40,000 nucleotides of DNA from Paenibacillus tyrfis (GCF_000722545.1 NZ_JNVM01000047.1:12767-52766); one strand, 5' to 3'. Positions 17,386 to 26,362 are shown, counted from the first letter of the stretch. Numbers and translations are program-made. The notes: generated by a model not told the origin, from the sequence alone.

Positions 17386-17556
17386 TTAAATTCCACCTTG
17401 ATTCCTGAGCCATTCCTCTATTATTTCAATAGAAAAAATAATCCTTCTTCGAATTCTAACATGAGGAATTTGTTTTTCCCGAACCATTGCATAGATACTG
17501 TCGGTTGATACATTTAAATACTGGGCTATCTCAGAAACAGTAAAAATTTTTTTCAA
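17386..17556 (-). CDS. xis: Excisionase-family (MerR/AlpA-type) HTH DNA-binding protein of 56 aa.
   Basis: The ORF is below the track's length cut-off, so I translated it by hand: (TTG)MKKIFTVSEIAQYLNVSTDSIYAMVREKQIPHVRIRRRIIFSIEIIEEWLRNQGGI. It fits the excisionase-family pattern (T..E.A..L.vs...iy..v....iP..rig.r..f....i..Wl). AAAGGAA lies upstream of the start. Confidence 0.7.
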   Translation of the reverse strand: MKKIFTVSEIAQYLNVSTDSIYAMVREKQIPHVRIRRRIIFSIEIIEEWLRNQGGI

Positions 17557-17979
17557 GTTACATCATTCCTTTACTATATTTCTAATCATTTTTTTGTTAA
17601 AATGTACCTGCATCTACCACGCGAGCTCTCCTCATGCTCGTGCCTGTTCTCCACAGGCCAAAACAGCACTCAGCTGTAATCACGCTCCCCCTAGCGGCTA
17701 AAGTTATGCTCTCTTTAAGCATGCCTAATTCGTGATTAAACGCGGAGAACCTGAATTCCAAGCTGTCTTCTCAATTCTCCCGATCTAGCTAATAACTTTT
17801 AAATTGCAAACACTTTGAGAAATTTATCTCAAGGTGTTTTTAATGTGCATATTAATTTTTAATCGAATCGGTTCACTTACAGTGCGCCTGTAAACATATT
17901 AAAAAAGTTTGTTTCCCTTGGAGGTGTTCTGCTCGAACTCATTATTAAAAGTATAGTCATTGCTTTGCTTTTCCTTGAA

Positions 17980-18000
17980 ATCCTTAGTCTGACTAAGGAT
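17980..18000. repeat. 21-bp palindrome atccttagtc-t-gactaaggat.
   Basis: The palindrome has perfect 10-bp arms around one central base. It lies in the 660-bp non-coding stretch upstream of the 284-aa ORF. Confidence 0.85.
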
Positions 18001-18169
18001 GATTTAATCCTACTATTTCACGTTGTATAAAGCTTTTGATGGGGATTAGGTACAAAGTGGTTTCAATTTATGCATATTTACAGATTCAAGTTCCTACGTC
18101 TAATAATTTTTAGTGGAGGTGTACCATATAGTATCAAATCTTTCCTTTTATACGACGGGTTTACGAATA

Positions 18170-18184
18170 CTTAGTCGGACTAAG
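18170..18184. repeat. 15-bp palindrome cttagtc-g-gactaag, with the same core as the palindrome at 17980-18000.
   Basis: The palindrome has perfect 7-bp arms. It lies 33 bp upstream of the listed start of the 284-aa ORF. Confidence 0.8.
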
Positions 18185-18216
18185 AATTTCAATAGCACTC
18201 CTAAAACTGCGATATC

Positions 18217-19071
18217 ATGGTTAGTGGTGATGAACATATGACACTTGATCCAATAATGTATAAGACGAATCGCAGCACAGTACACGAGCACTACAACATA
18301 TACTTAATTGAGACCCAGAAGAAAGAGCCCGTAGATAGTGCAGTTGTTGAAGCAAGAAATAACATTCTAAGCCTTTTCCATTATGAACTGCTTATTTTGC
18401 AAAGTTCCAAAGAGCATTGGGAAAGGCTGATGAACGATCCCAGTCTTAATTTTAGGCGAGAGTTATGTGCTAAACTCTACAGACTCGAACGGGCAGATAT
18501 CATGGTAGAGCTAGATCTATCAAGTGGTGCAGTAAGTAATCTATTTAACGAATCTACCAAGCCAAATTGGCCGCGGCCATTTCAACTTAGCGTTCTTTTT
18601 GAGCACCCGTGGCAGCTTATCAATTATGAGATTCCTGATCCATATTCTTACTCTGAATCGCCGGAGTACTTTGAAGAAAGAGTATCAAAAAAAATACACC
18701 TTAATGATCTGGCGAATGAAAGATCAAAAGTATTGAGCATTAGAGGATACGTGATTGTCAATGCCCCAGAGTTGTTCCAACAGGAATCAACTGCTTTAAC
18801 CGGTCGCTGGGTGACGACATACCCCGAATTTGATTACTTTGAATTTCATCTGAATCACGAGCCTATAATCGATAAGGTGCTTCGGGAATCACTTCTGAAA
18901 CTGTTTCCGATGGCTAACCACATGATTACAACATATCGTCCATTTAAGCCGCTAACCAAACGGGCGTTATGGGTCATTATCCCTAAAAACGAAACATCAC
19001 CTTCATACGAAGGAATTCTTCACGAACTGAAGAAGTATCGGGAGCATACGGAATACCACAGACTGAAATAG
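18217..19071 (+). CDS. Hypothetical protein of 284 aa with a possible HTH segment.
   Basis: The ORF is in the track. The segment RRELCAKLYRLERADIMVELDLSSGAVSNLFN looks XRE/HTH-like. The start could be the ATG at 18238 instead. The family is not recognised. Confidence 0.5.
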   Translation: MVSGDEHMTLDPIMYKTNRSTVHEHYNIYLIETQKKEPVDSAVVEARNNILSLFHYELLILQSSKEHWERLMNDPSLNFRRELCAKLYRLERADIMVELDLSSGAVSNLFNESTKPNWPRPFQLSVLFEHPWQLINYEIPDPYSYSESPEYFEERVSKKIHLNDLANERSKVLSIRGYVIVNAPELFQQESTALTGRWVTTYPEFDYFEFHLNHEPIIDKVLRESLLKLFPMANHMITTYRPFKPLTKRALWVIIPKNETSPSYEGILHELKKYREHTEYHRLK

Positions 19072-19103
19072 TTACCGTCACAAGTTTTCAAGTTAGCCCC
19101 AAT

Positions 19104-19116
19104 TTAGTTGAACTAA
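19104..19116. repeat. 13-bp palindrome ttagtt-g-aactaa, related to the two palindromes upstream.
   Basis: The palindrome has perfect 6-bp arms. It lies between the 284-aa ORF and ritA, about 70 bp upstream of the ritA GTG. Confidence 0.6.
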
Positions 19117-19185
19117 GAAAAATGAACCACCTCCCCATTCGTGTCAACGCTAAGTATCAAAAGGACATGAATGGAGGAAACCTAG

Positions 19186-20727
19186 GTGGACCACTTCGAA
19201 AAAACAAAATCTTCGAACCAAAACCCTCACCAGATCAATGATCTGGAATCTACAAAAAAACAAGAATCTTTTCGGCAGAATGCTTCTTTTGCCGAAAAGA
19301 TTCTTCTCAATGAAGGTATGTTTACTCGCCGTGGTGACGATCATGATATTAGAAAAATAACCCGAGCGAGGATTGAGAACATGCTCTATGCAAACAGCCT
19401 ACAGCAGTTAGAAACACCCGTAAACATTTACCTTGGCCGACAAGGAATCAACCAATGGATATGGGAAAACAAAGTGATCTTAGAGATCCCAACGGAAATA
19501 TTAAAGAAGTATCTCCTTCGCAAAATGACCAAAGATGCCTTTATTTTCTATAAAGAGTATATCATGGTCCACGAACTAGCACAAAAAATTGGCGTCTATT
19601 TGAAAATACCTGCAAGCCAAATTATGGATGAACAACTACTGAGTGATGAAGTTTTGACTTATTTATCAACATCACTTGCAACAACTGGCATGCAACAAAA
19701 ACTGATAGCGTTTGTCGTTCAGCATGCCAATCAGTATCTAAAAACTCCCTTGCACAATACAGAAAAATATAGCCTTCTATTTTCTCCGCTAAAAAATCGT
19801 AAAGGAAAGCCAGTTCACCCGAAAATTGAAATGTATATGAAGCAGTTAACAAAAGAAGGAAAATCCGGACATACCCTAGCAAGAGTCACAACTCACATCA
19901 ATTCTATGCTGTTCTGGTTAGTTAACAATATGAAGGATTTCGCAGCATGTAAAACTCATACAGTTCCAATCTTATCTATTAAAGAGATGCACCTACAGGA
20001 ATTTCGTTCCTACCTTCTAAAGAAACAACGAAAAGGAGAGTACAGCTCAATCACCATCAGTGAATGCATCTATGCGATTAAAAGCTTCTTTCTATTTTTG
20101 CAAAAAACTTATGGGTTTCCAGACCCCGCAAAAAAGATTAAATCAATCAAAGCGTCTCGATATCGTTTCCGAAACCTGCCTACTAAAGAACAGATCACTG
20201 CGTTTTTTAATGTGATTGAAACGTATTCCGAAAATCCACTTTTGGAGCGTATCGCTTTTCAATTTATGCTTACACTTGGCTTGCGCTCTATGGAAGTTTC
20301 GCAAATATCCTTGAATGACATTAATATGGAGATCCGAACGATTTCTATTCACAGCAAAGGCGGAAAACATCACGAACTGCCGCTGGCGGGAAAACTCTAT
20401 CGTGATCTAGAAATGATCAAGAGTATTCCATCAACGTCAAAGTACTTATTTGGCGATGATCCAAAAAAGATGATAAGAGAACTTCAAGAAAACTATAAAT
20501 TATACAGTCAAATCGCTGGCTGGACTTTCCCTGGTGGATTACATTTGTTCCGTCATTGTTTCGTAACGAATCTAGCGGGTCAAAACCCGCCACCACAAGT
20601 GCTTCAGGCACTTTCCCGGGTAATTAAGATGGATACGGTCAGTTTATATACCCATCTTAATCAGAAGTCGAATTGGCTTTCTCAAGAATTGAATAAGCTT
20701 GATTATTCATATCAAGGAGGTAAATGA
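19186..20727 (+). CDS. Tyrosine recombinase, first gene of the trio (513 aa, with a long N-terminal extension).
   Basis: Motifs: LGLRSMEVSQISLNDI (Arg), HLFRHCFVTNLA (HxxR) and VSLYTHL (Tyr). The start is GTG, preceded by GGAGGA at a 7-nt spacing. Confidence 0.85.
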   Translation: MDHFEKTKSSNQNPHQINDLESTKKQESFRQNASFAEKILLNEGMFTRRGDDHDIRKITRARIENMLYANSLQQLETPVNIYLGRQGINQWIWENKVILEIPTEILKKYLLRKMTKDAFIFYKEYIMVHELAQKIGVYLKIPASQIMDEQLLSDEVLTYLSTSLATTGMQQKLIAFVVQHANQYLKTPLHNTEKYSLLFSPLKNRKGKPVHPKIEMYMKQLTKEGKSGHTLARVTTHINSMLFWLVNNMKDFAACKTHTVPILSIKEMHLQEFRSYLLKKQRKGEYSSITISECIYAIKSFFLFLQKTYGFPDPAKKIKSIKASRYRFRNLPTKEQITAFFNVIETYSENPLLERIAFQFMLTLGLRSMEVSQISLNDINMEIRTISIHSKGGKHHELPLAGKLYRDLEMIKSIPSTSKYLFGDDPKKMIRELQENYKLYSQIAGWTFPGGLHLFRHCFVTNLAGQNPPPQVLQALSRVIKMDTVSLYTHLNQKSNWLSQELNKLDYSYQGGK

Positions 20728-21833
20728 GCATGCCTATTTACGATAAGGAATTTGAAATGGACCTCTTACTAGAGGACAAGATTAAAGAAATGGCCGAAGC
20801 ATACGGCCCCCATAAATTTCTGCAAGCGTTAAATCAAATGGATTGGGTTCCAAAAGTCACTAACAACGAAAAACCTTCCGAACATGTGATGCTCCATGAT
20901 GCGGTCGAATTCTATTTTTCGAGTGATTCATTTACAGAACTTGCAAAAGCATCACAAGTAGCTTACCGCTATGAAATGAATTTGTTTATCAAATTCTGTA
21001 ACCAACATTTCGATCAAGACCCGGATTTCAAAACGATTTGCACCTCTCAATTTTTAAGCGATTACTTAGCGCCAGTGAGAAATAAAAATACACGAAGCAA
21101 AAAGGCTGCATTTTTGAGAAGCTTTTTGCGAACCATTCTTGAGCATTTTTATGAACAAAAGATAGATAAACTAAAGCGGGTATTAAAGGTAGAGGTCGAT
21201 AAAAGACGTGTACCGCGTGCATTCACCAAAGAACAAATTGAAGAGTTGATCATGCTAGCAAGATTAGGTCGTGAGTCCCATCGGAACTTTATAATTCTAT
21301 GGACATTCCTCGGGACCGGAATTCGCCTCAGTGAATTATGTTCTCTTCAAATTGGGGACATAAAACCGCAGACGCAAGACATTTACATTCGTTCGAAGGG
21401 CGAAAAAGACTTTAAATCCCCATGCAAAATCACTAACTTTTCGCTTGAATTGCTGTGTAAGTATGTAAATTTCAGATATGGCGCTCTTAAGGACTTGACC
21501 GATTATACTGAACGATATGTGTTCTCCGACGATAAAGGGATATCACCACTGCATGAGAGTACAATCCAAAAAATGTTTACCAGTCTTATTGACGAGGCGT
21601 CAACGATTACTGATGATGACAAACGCGTTTATCAACTATCCGTACACTCCCTTCGTCATTCGTTTGCCCTTTATTTGCTGGAGTCCGGTGTAAATATATA
21701 CACCATTCAGGAGTTGCTTAGGCACAAATGGCTCAGTTCAACATTAGTTTATCTTAAAATGTTTGACAGCATGCTTGTCAAAGTTATTAATCAACATCCG
21801 CTAGGAAATCTAAAAGTCAATGATTTTTTCTAA
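20724..21833 (+). CDS. Tyrosine recombinase, second gene of the trio (369 aa).
   Basis: Motifs: TGIRLSELCSLQIGDI, HSLRHSFALYLL and STLVYLKM. The gene overlaps the first recombinase gene as ATGA. Confidence 0.85.
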   Translation: MSMPIYDKEFEMDLLLEDKIKEMAEAYGPHKFLQALNQMDWVPKVTNNEKPSEHVMLHDAVEFYFSSDSFTELAKASQVAYRYEMNLFIKFCNQHFDQDPDFKTICTSQFLSDYLAPVRNKNTRSKKAAFLRSFLRTILEHFYEQKIDKLKRVLKVEVDKRRVPRAFTKEQIEELIMLARLGRESHRNFIILWTFLGTGIRLSELCSLQIGDIKPQTQDIYIRSKGEKDFKSPCKITNFSLELLCKYVNFRYGALKDLTDYTERYVFSDDKGISPLHESTIQKMFTSLIDEASTITDDDKRVYQLSVHSLRHSFALYLLESGVNIYTIQELLRHKWLSSTLVYLKMFDSMLVKVINQHPLGNLKVNDFF

Positions 21834-21846
21834 GGAGATCCAATAG

Positions 21847-22785
21847 ATGAACAACATTTTGTTCGAATCCAAGTACTATAGATTTTGGTATGAGCATGTA
21901 GATCTTACGGCGAAGGAATATGTTGAACGCGATCTACGAAAATTTGAAAAGTATTTACATTTAAGAGGGTTTGAAGGAGAACTTGATTTCGACAAGTTTC
22001 ATGCCAGCCAAAAGCATCCCGACTCTTTTCGTCCCATTCAACAATACTTTATCGACCAATTTGTAGAATACCTTCGCGTGGATTATCAGGCAACGAAGAA
22101 TGTTATGTACAATGCGATCAGTTCTTTAAAAAATTTCTTTAAATTCCTATATGATATGGAGTTAATTCAACAAAACCCGATGGAGGATTATCCAAATCCA
22201 TATTACGACCGGCCGATCAAAAATACTGCACTTTCAAAAGAGGAATGCCTTGCTCTGCTCGGTGCTGCCTTAAAAAAAGATCCTTTCTTCCGTCAGGAAT
22301 TCGTTTTGATTTGGTTCATGTTGATTACGGGGCTTAGGAATTCAGAAGTTAGATCCGTTTCTCGAACCAGTATTAACCTAGAGAACAGGATGGTAATGAT
22401 TATACAAGGGCAGAAAAATGATGCTCGTTCTACCAGTATCACAACTGCCCTATCAGAAGAGCTTAGACGGTATATCAATCATCCGAACTATATCGCTTGG
22501 GCAGAGAAAGGTAATGACAAGCTGTTTTTTCGGAAAGAAAAACCATTAACCTATAAAGCGTTACAGGTAATCCTAAAGGATTTATGCCTCGACGCTAACT
22601 TATCTAGGATTGTAACCCCTCATGATTTGAGGCGTACTGCTGGCTATCTCATGCAATCAGCCGGAATGAATATGGTCGAAATTCAAAGGCAGCTCGGGCA
22701 TCAGATAATGGCTACAACATTACGCTATATCCCACCGTTGAATGACTTAGCCAAAATCCTGGCCAAGGAGGATGAACAACAGTAA
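21847..22785 (+). CDS. Tyrosine recombinase, third gene of the trio (312 aa).
   Basis: Motifs: TGLRNSEVRSVSRTSI, HDLRRTAGYLM and ATTLRYIP. The sequence AAGGAGATCC lies upstream of the ATG. Confidence 0.85.
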   Translation: MNNILFESKYYRFWYEHVDLTAKEYVERDLRKFEKYLHLRGFEGELDFDKFHASQKHPDSFRPIQQYFIDQFVEYLRVDYQATKNVMYNAISSLKNFFKFLYDMELIQQNPMEDYPNPYYDRPIKNTALSKEECLALLGAALKKDPFFRQEFVLIWFMLITGLRNSEVRSVSRTSINLENRMVMIIQGQKNDARSTSITTALSEELRRYINHPNYIAWAEKGNDKLFFRKEKPLTYKALQVILKDLCLDANLSRIVTPHDLRRTAGYLMQSAGMNMVEIQRQLGHQIMATTLRYIPPLNDLAKILAKEDEQQ

Positions 22786-22870
22786 TAAATGTGTAACCGT
22801 AAGCTTCCCCCATACTTCTTTAATGGCACAAATGAAAAAAACAAATTTTGTAACAAAGGAAAACTGTTAT

Positions 22871-23294
22871 ATGAATAATATAAATATCAAAGAGATAAGC
22901 CTCGCAATAAAATGGGCACATGAAAATGACCAACAAATTTTATCAGTCATGTCTCTAAGCTTGATCGGACTACGTTTAACTGAAATTGTTAATTTGCGTT
23001 GGAATCAGATTGATATCCCCCAAAAAAAATTTCCATTCAAGGAAAACTTAAATGGAGGCAAATTCCTGTACCCGGATCAATGTTAGTATTCTTGCTAAAA
23101 TCTAGGGAAAGCTCGGAACTTGTCGTACCAACAAGTTCTTATGTTCTGAAAAAAAGGTAAGAAGATTAGCTGGTGCAACTGGTCTCTCACAATTTAATTT
23201 AAGGAGTCTACGTAACACCATCAAAATGTACAATCATAGAACAGTGGAACCAAACTTACTATTGGACACAATTCATTACCTTGCTCCACATTAA
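22871..23294 (+). pseudogene. Decayed fragment of a fourth tyrosine recombinase (catalytic domain only).
   Basis: Frame 1 reads LIGLRLTEIVNLRWNQIDI. Frame 3 reads KIPVPGSMLVFLLKSRE...VVPTSSYVLKK. After a poly-A tract the reading continues as KVRRLAGATGLSQFNLRSLRNTIKMY...IHYLAPH. That is at least two frameshifts, and the N-terminal domain is missing. Confidence 0.5.
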
Positions 23295-23347
23295 AAACTA
23301 CTCACTAAATTATTATAAGGAAATGACAATAAGTATATACCAAACTT

Positions 23348-23377
23348 AAGGGTCCCGTTAACGGTGAGGCCCTTTTT
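23348..23377 (+). terminator. Weak terminator-like structure with a T-run, downstream of the recombinase genes.
   Basis: An outer stem aaggg/ccctt encloses the palindrome ccgttaacgg and is followed by ttttt. The stem is imperfect. Confidence 0.35.
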
Positions 23378-23501
23378 CAATACTGTAATTTATGTCATCC
23401 ACGTTTCTTTTGAAACATTAAGGGGAAAAATGTAAATATACTTTGCTGATTTTTCATTCTTTACAGCAGAGCACAACACTCTGGAGTTGGAGAGATTTAG
23501 T

Positions 23502-24677
23502 ATGGCTAACATTCAAAAGCGTGGAGACAATTCGTGGTTCTTGACTGTAAGCCTTGGAAAAGACCACCAAGGTAAGTATATACGACGCACAAAAACCGTT
23601 AACTGCCGTACCAAAAAAGAAGCTGAAAGCGAATATGCAAAGTTCCGTCAGGAAGTTGAGGCTGGTGAATATATCGCACCTCAGAAAATGACATTTGGAG
23701 CATTTGTTGAAGAGTGGCGCGATAAATATGCTGTTAAACATTTGGGTTATAAGACACTGTATACATACGAATCGAATCTAAAAATTCGTATCCTTCCTGC
23801 TTTCCAACACATGCAATTGGAGGATATCAACCCCCTCCATATTGTAAACTTTCTCGATAAACTTGAAAAAGAGGGCAGCCGCGGAGATAAAAAAAACGGT
23901 GGATTAGCCTCTGGAACGATCGAAATTAATCACCGTATCTTAAAAAACATTCTAAAACGTGCAGTTGAATGGAGAATCATCAAACGAAATCCGGTTAGTG
24001 ACGTGCAAAAACCAAAAGTCGATTCAAAGGAGATTATCCCCTATGATGAAGCAGAAGTTGAACAAATGCTTCGAGCCCTGCAACGTGAACCTTACCACTG
24101 GAGGATAATGATTACTTTAGCTCTTACAACCGGGTTACGACGGAGTGAGTTGCTTGGACTTGAATGGAAGCATCTTGATTTTAACACGGGCGTATTAGAT
24201 GTTTCACAGAGCATGATTCATGCTCTGAAGGGTGAAATCATCGTGAAACAGCCTAAGACAAAGAAATCCATTCGTAAAGTTGCATTACCAAGATCCATGC
24301 TTAAAGAGCTAAAAGAATATTACGACTACAGAATGCAAGAACGAAATGACATCGGGGATGCATGGCGCGGCGGCAATTGGTTTTTTATGTTTTCACATAC
24401 AGATGGACAACCTTTCCATCATGAACGGCCCTATCTTTGGTTTCGACAGTTCGTTAAGAAAAACGGGTTTCGATACATTCGATTCCATGATCTTCGGCAT
24501 ACCTCGGCTACAATTCTGATTAATCAAGGTGTTCATGCCAAAATCATTTCAGAACGGTTAGGACACGGAAGCATTACTACAACAATGAATATTTACGGCC
24601 ATGCTCTCCGAACTGCAGATCAAGCCGCTGCTGATAAATTCGAATCATTCTTTACATCTAAAACTGCACAAGGATAA
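23502..24677 (+). CDS. int: Site-specific tyrosine integrase of the phage/ICE type.
   Basis: The N-terminus MANIQKRGDNSWFLTVSLG is typical of this family. Motifs: TGLRRSELLGLEWKHLDF, HDLRHTSATILI and TTTMNIYGH. I prefer the ATG at 23502, preceded by GGAGAG at a 7-nt spacing. The track starts at a TTG at 23487. Confidence 0.9.
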   Translation: MANIQKRGDNSWFLTVSLGKDHQGKYIRRTKTVNCRTKKEAESEYAKFRQEVEAGEYIAPQKMTFGAFVEEWRDKYAVKHLGYKTLYTYESNLKIRILPAFQHMQLEDINPLHIVNFLDKLEKEGSRGDKKNGGLASGTIEINHRILKNILKRAVEWRIIKRNPVSDVQKPKVDSKEIIPYDEAEVEQMLRALQREPYHWRIMITLALTTGLRRSELLGLEWKHLDFNTGVLDVSQSMIHALKGEIIVKQPKTKKSIRKVALPRSMLKELKEYYDYRMQERNDIGDAWRGGNWFFMFSHTDGQPFHHERPYLWFRQFVKKNGFRYIRFHDLRHTSATILINQGVHAKIISERLGHGSITTTMNIYGHALRTADQAAADKFESFFTSKTAQG

Positions 24678-24681
24678 TAAT

Positions 24682-24710
24682 GAAGACGCCAGGTATTTCC
24701 TGGCGTCTTC
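24682..24710 (+). terminator. Intrinsic terminator of int.
   Basis: The hairpin has a perfect 12-bp stem, gaagacgccagg/cctggcgtcttc, with a 5-nt loop. It begins 5 nt after the stop codon. Confidence 0.75.
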
Positions 24711-24738
24711 GGTTCATTTAGGTTTATTTCTGATCGAT

Positions 24739-24760
24739 TTTTACATCAATTTTACATCAA
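24739..24760 (+). repeat. Tandem 11-bp direct repeat ttttacatcaa x2. These are candidate integrase arm-type sites at the island end.
   Basis: The two copies are perfect (24739-24749 and 24750-24760). They lie between the int terminator and the rlmCD stop codon. Confidence 0.6.
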
Positions 24761-24835
24761 GTCTGATTTTCGTCCTCTGTACCACTAATATTTAAACTCT
24801 GTATCACATCGAAAAACCCAGTAAATATAAGGATT

Positions 24836-26362
24836 TTAATAATCTGGACCATTCCTCACCAGCAAAGCCACCGATTCTACGTGCACCGTATGCGGAAACA
24901 TATCCACCGGCTGCACCTCCATCGTGCGGTACCCGCCATCCTCCAGCACGCGCAGGTCGCGCGCCAGCGTCGACGGGTTGCACGAGACGTACACTACGCG
25001 CTCCGGACGCATCGCAAGGATCGTCTCCAGCAGCGCGGCGTCGCAGCCTTTGCGCGGCGGGTCGACGACGATCACGTCAGGCGTGATGCCCTGTCGCTTC
25101 CACTCGGGGATGACGACCTCCGCGCCGCCGACCTCGAACCGCACGTTGCGGATCTCGTTGACCAGCGCGTTGCGCTTCGCGTCCTCGATCGCCTCGGGGA
25201 CGATCTCGACGCCGTACACCTCGCGGGCTTTCTGCGCGAGGAAGAGCGAGATCGTGCCGATGCCGCAATAGGCATCGATCACGGTCTCTTCGCCGCTCAG
25301 ACCGGCGTAGTCCAGCGCCTTCCGGTATAGCACCTCGGTCTGAACCGGATTGACCTGGTAGAATGAGCGCGCCGAGATCGCGAAGCGGATATCTCCGATC
25401 GTATCGTAGATGACCTCGCTGCCCCAGAGCACCCGCGTCTCGTCGCCGAAGATCACGTTCGTCTGCTGCCGGTTGACGTTCTGGCAGATGCTTCGCATGT
25501 CCGGGATCGCCTCGCGGATCAGCCCGACCAGTTCGTCCCTATGCGGGATGTCGCGACCGTTCGTCACGAGCACGACCATGATCTCGCCCGTGTTGAAGCC
25601 GTAGCGGGCGATGACGTGGCGCAGCAGCCCTTTGCCCGTCTCCTCGTTGTACGGCCGGATACCGAGCTCGACGGCGATCCGTTTGACCGCCGCGACGACG
25701 GCATCGTTATTCTCGTGCTGGATCAGGCACGCCTCCATGTCGATAATCCGGTGGCTGCCCTGCGCGTAGAAGCCGCCGATCAGACCGCCCTCTTTGCCCC
25801 CGGCGAGACCGATCGGCACCTGTGCCTTGTTGCGGTACCGCCACGGGGCGCTCATCCCGAGCGTCGGATGCACCACGATGCCCGTATCCCTCGCACCGCC
25901 GCTCCCAGCTCCCACGCCTGCTTCCGCCACAGCCTCCATCTCGGCTACGTCGCTCTCCGCCTTGGCTCCGGCCACTCGCAGCTTCCCGATCCGCTCCAGA
26001 TTGTCGATGACAAGCTGGCGCTTCCAGCGGAGCTGCGCGTCGTAGCTCAGGTGCTGGAGCTGGCAGCCCCCGCACTGCTTGTAGATCGGACAGGGCGCGT
26101 CGATCCGGTCGGGGCTTGCTTCAATAATCTCCAGCAGCTTGGCGTAGCCGTACTGCTTCTTCACCTTGAGCACCTTCGCCCGTACTTTCTCGCCGGGCAG
26201 GGCGCCCTGAATAAAAAGGGTAAAGCCGTTCACACGGCCTACCCCTTCTCCGTCATGCCCTAAGCCGACAACGTCGGCGATATATTCTTCGTTCTTCGCG
26301 ACGGGCAGGCCGCTGAGATCGGCAGCGGGCGCGCCCGGGCGTCGTTTATTCTTCCTGTTCAT
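24836..26362 (-). CDS. rlmCD: 23S rRNA (uracil-C5)-methyltransferase of the RlmCD/RumA family.
   Basis: An N-terminal TRAM-like region is followed by the Fe-S motif [15 protein letters not shown], the SAM motif [11 protein letters not shown] and the catalytic-Cys region [13 protein letters not shown]. Its position next to dagK matches Bacillus subtilis. Confidence 0.9.
   Translation of the reverse strand: MNRKNKRRPGAPAADLSGLPVAKNEEYIADVVGLGHDGEGVGRVNGFTLFIQGALPGEKVRAKVLKVKKQYGYAKLLEIIEASPDRIDAPCPIYKQCGGCQLQHLSYDAQLRWKRQLVIDNLERIGKLRVAGAKAESDVAEMEAVAEAGVGAGSGGARDTGIVVHPTLGMSAPWRYRNKAQVPIGLAGGKEGGLIGGFYAQGSHRIIDMEACLIQHENNDAVVAAVKRIAVELGIRPYNEETGKGLLRHVIARYGFNTGEIMVVLVTNGRDIPHRDELVGLIREAIPDMRSICQNVNRQQTNVIFGDETRVLWGSEVIYDTIGDIRFAISARSFYQVNPVQTEVLYRKALDYAGLSGEETVIDAYCGIGTISLFLAQKAREVYGVEIVPEAIEDAKRNALVNEIRNVRFEVGGAEVVIPEWKRQGITPDVIVVDPPRKGCDAALLETILAMRPERVVYVSCNPSTLARDLRVLEDGGYRTMEVQPVDMFPHTVHVESVALLVRNGPDY

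Larger units (their letters stand above)
19186..22785 (+). mobile_element. Recombinase-in-trio (RIT) module of three consecutive tyrosine recombinase genes. The element ends are not defined.
   Basis: Three adjacent same-strand tyrosine recombinases are tightly packed. The first and second overlap as ATGA, and a 13-nt gap separates the second and third. All three retain R...HxxR...Y catalytic signatures. Confidence 0.75.
1..24845. mobile_element. Low-GC mosaic genomic island inserted at the 3' end of rlmCD. The right end is at about 24835-24850 and the left end lies outside the window.
   Basis: There is an abrupt composition change. Sampled lines give about 32% GC at 8041-8100 and about 70% at 25081-25140. 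A tyrosine integrase with a terminator and a tandem 11-bp repeat lies immediately inside the boundary. The last ~5 codons of rlmCD are AT-rich, unlike the rest of that gene. Confidence 0.75.

Noticed and set aside
17233-17508. A 91-aa plus-strand ORF from the track.
   Set aside because: It overlaps the excisionase-type ORF on the opposite strand and the P-loop remnant region. It has no motifs and a low-complexity composition.
17590-17840. A non-coding stretch upstream of xis has higher GC than its surroundings. It ends in an imperfect 12-bp hairpin (aacactttgaga..tctcaaggtgtt) followed by a T-run. It could be an sRNA or a 42-codon ORF on the minus strand.
   Set aside because: I recognised no RNA family. 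The small ORF has no recognisable SD sequence or motif. This region of the island is visibly decayed, so a relic is the simpler explanation.
19125-22830. I looked for candidate RIT terminal repeats. The left flank reads ctccccattcgtgtcaacgctaag (about 19132-19155). The right flank reads gtgtaaccgtaagcttcccccat (about 22794-22816). They share two short blocks.
   Set aside because: The blocks occur in permuted order. They are neither direct nor inverted repeats, they are short (about 13 nt with mismatches, and 7 nt), and they could be chance. A computed dot-plot is needed to settle the question.
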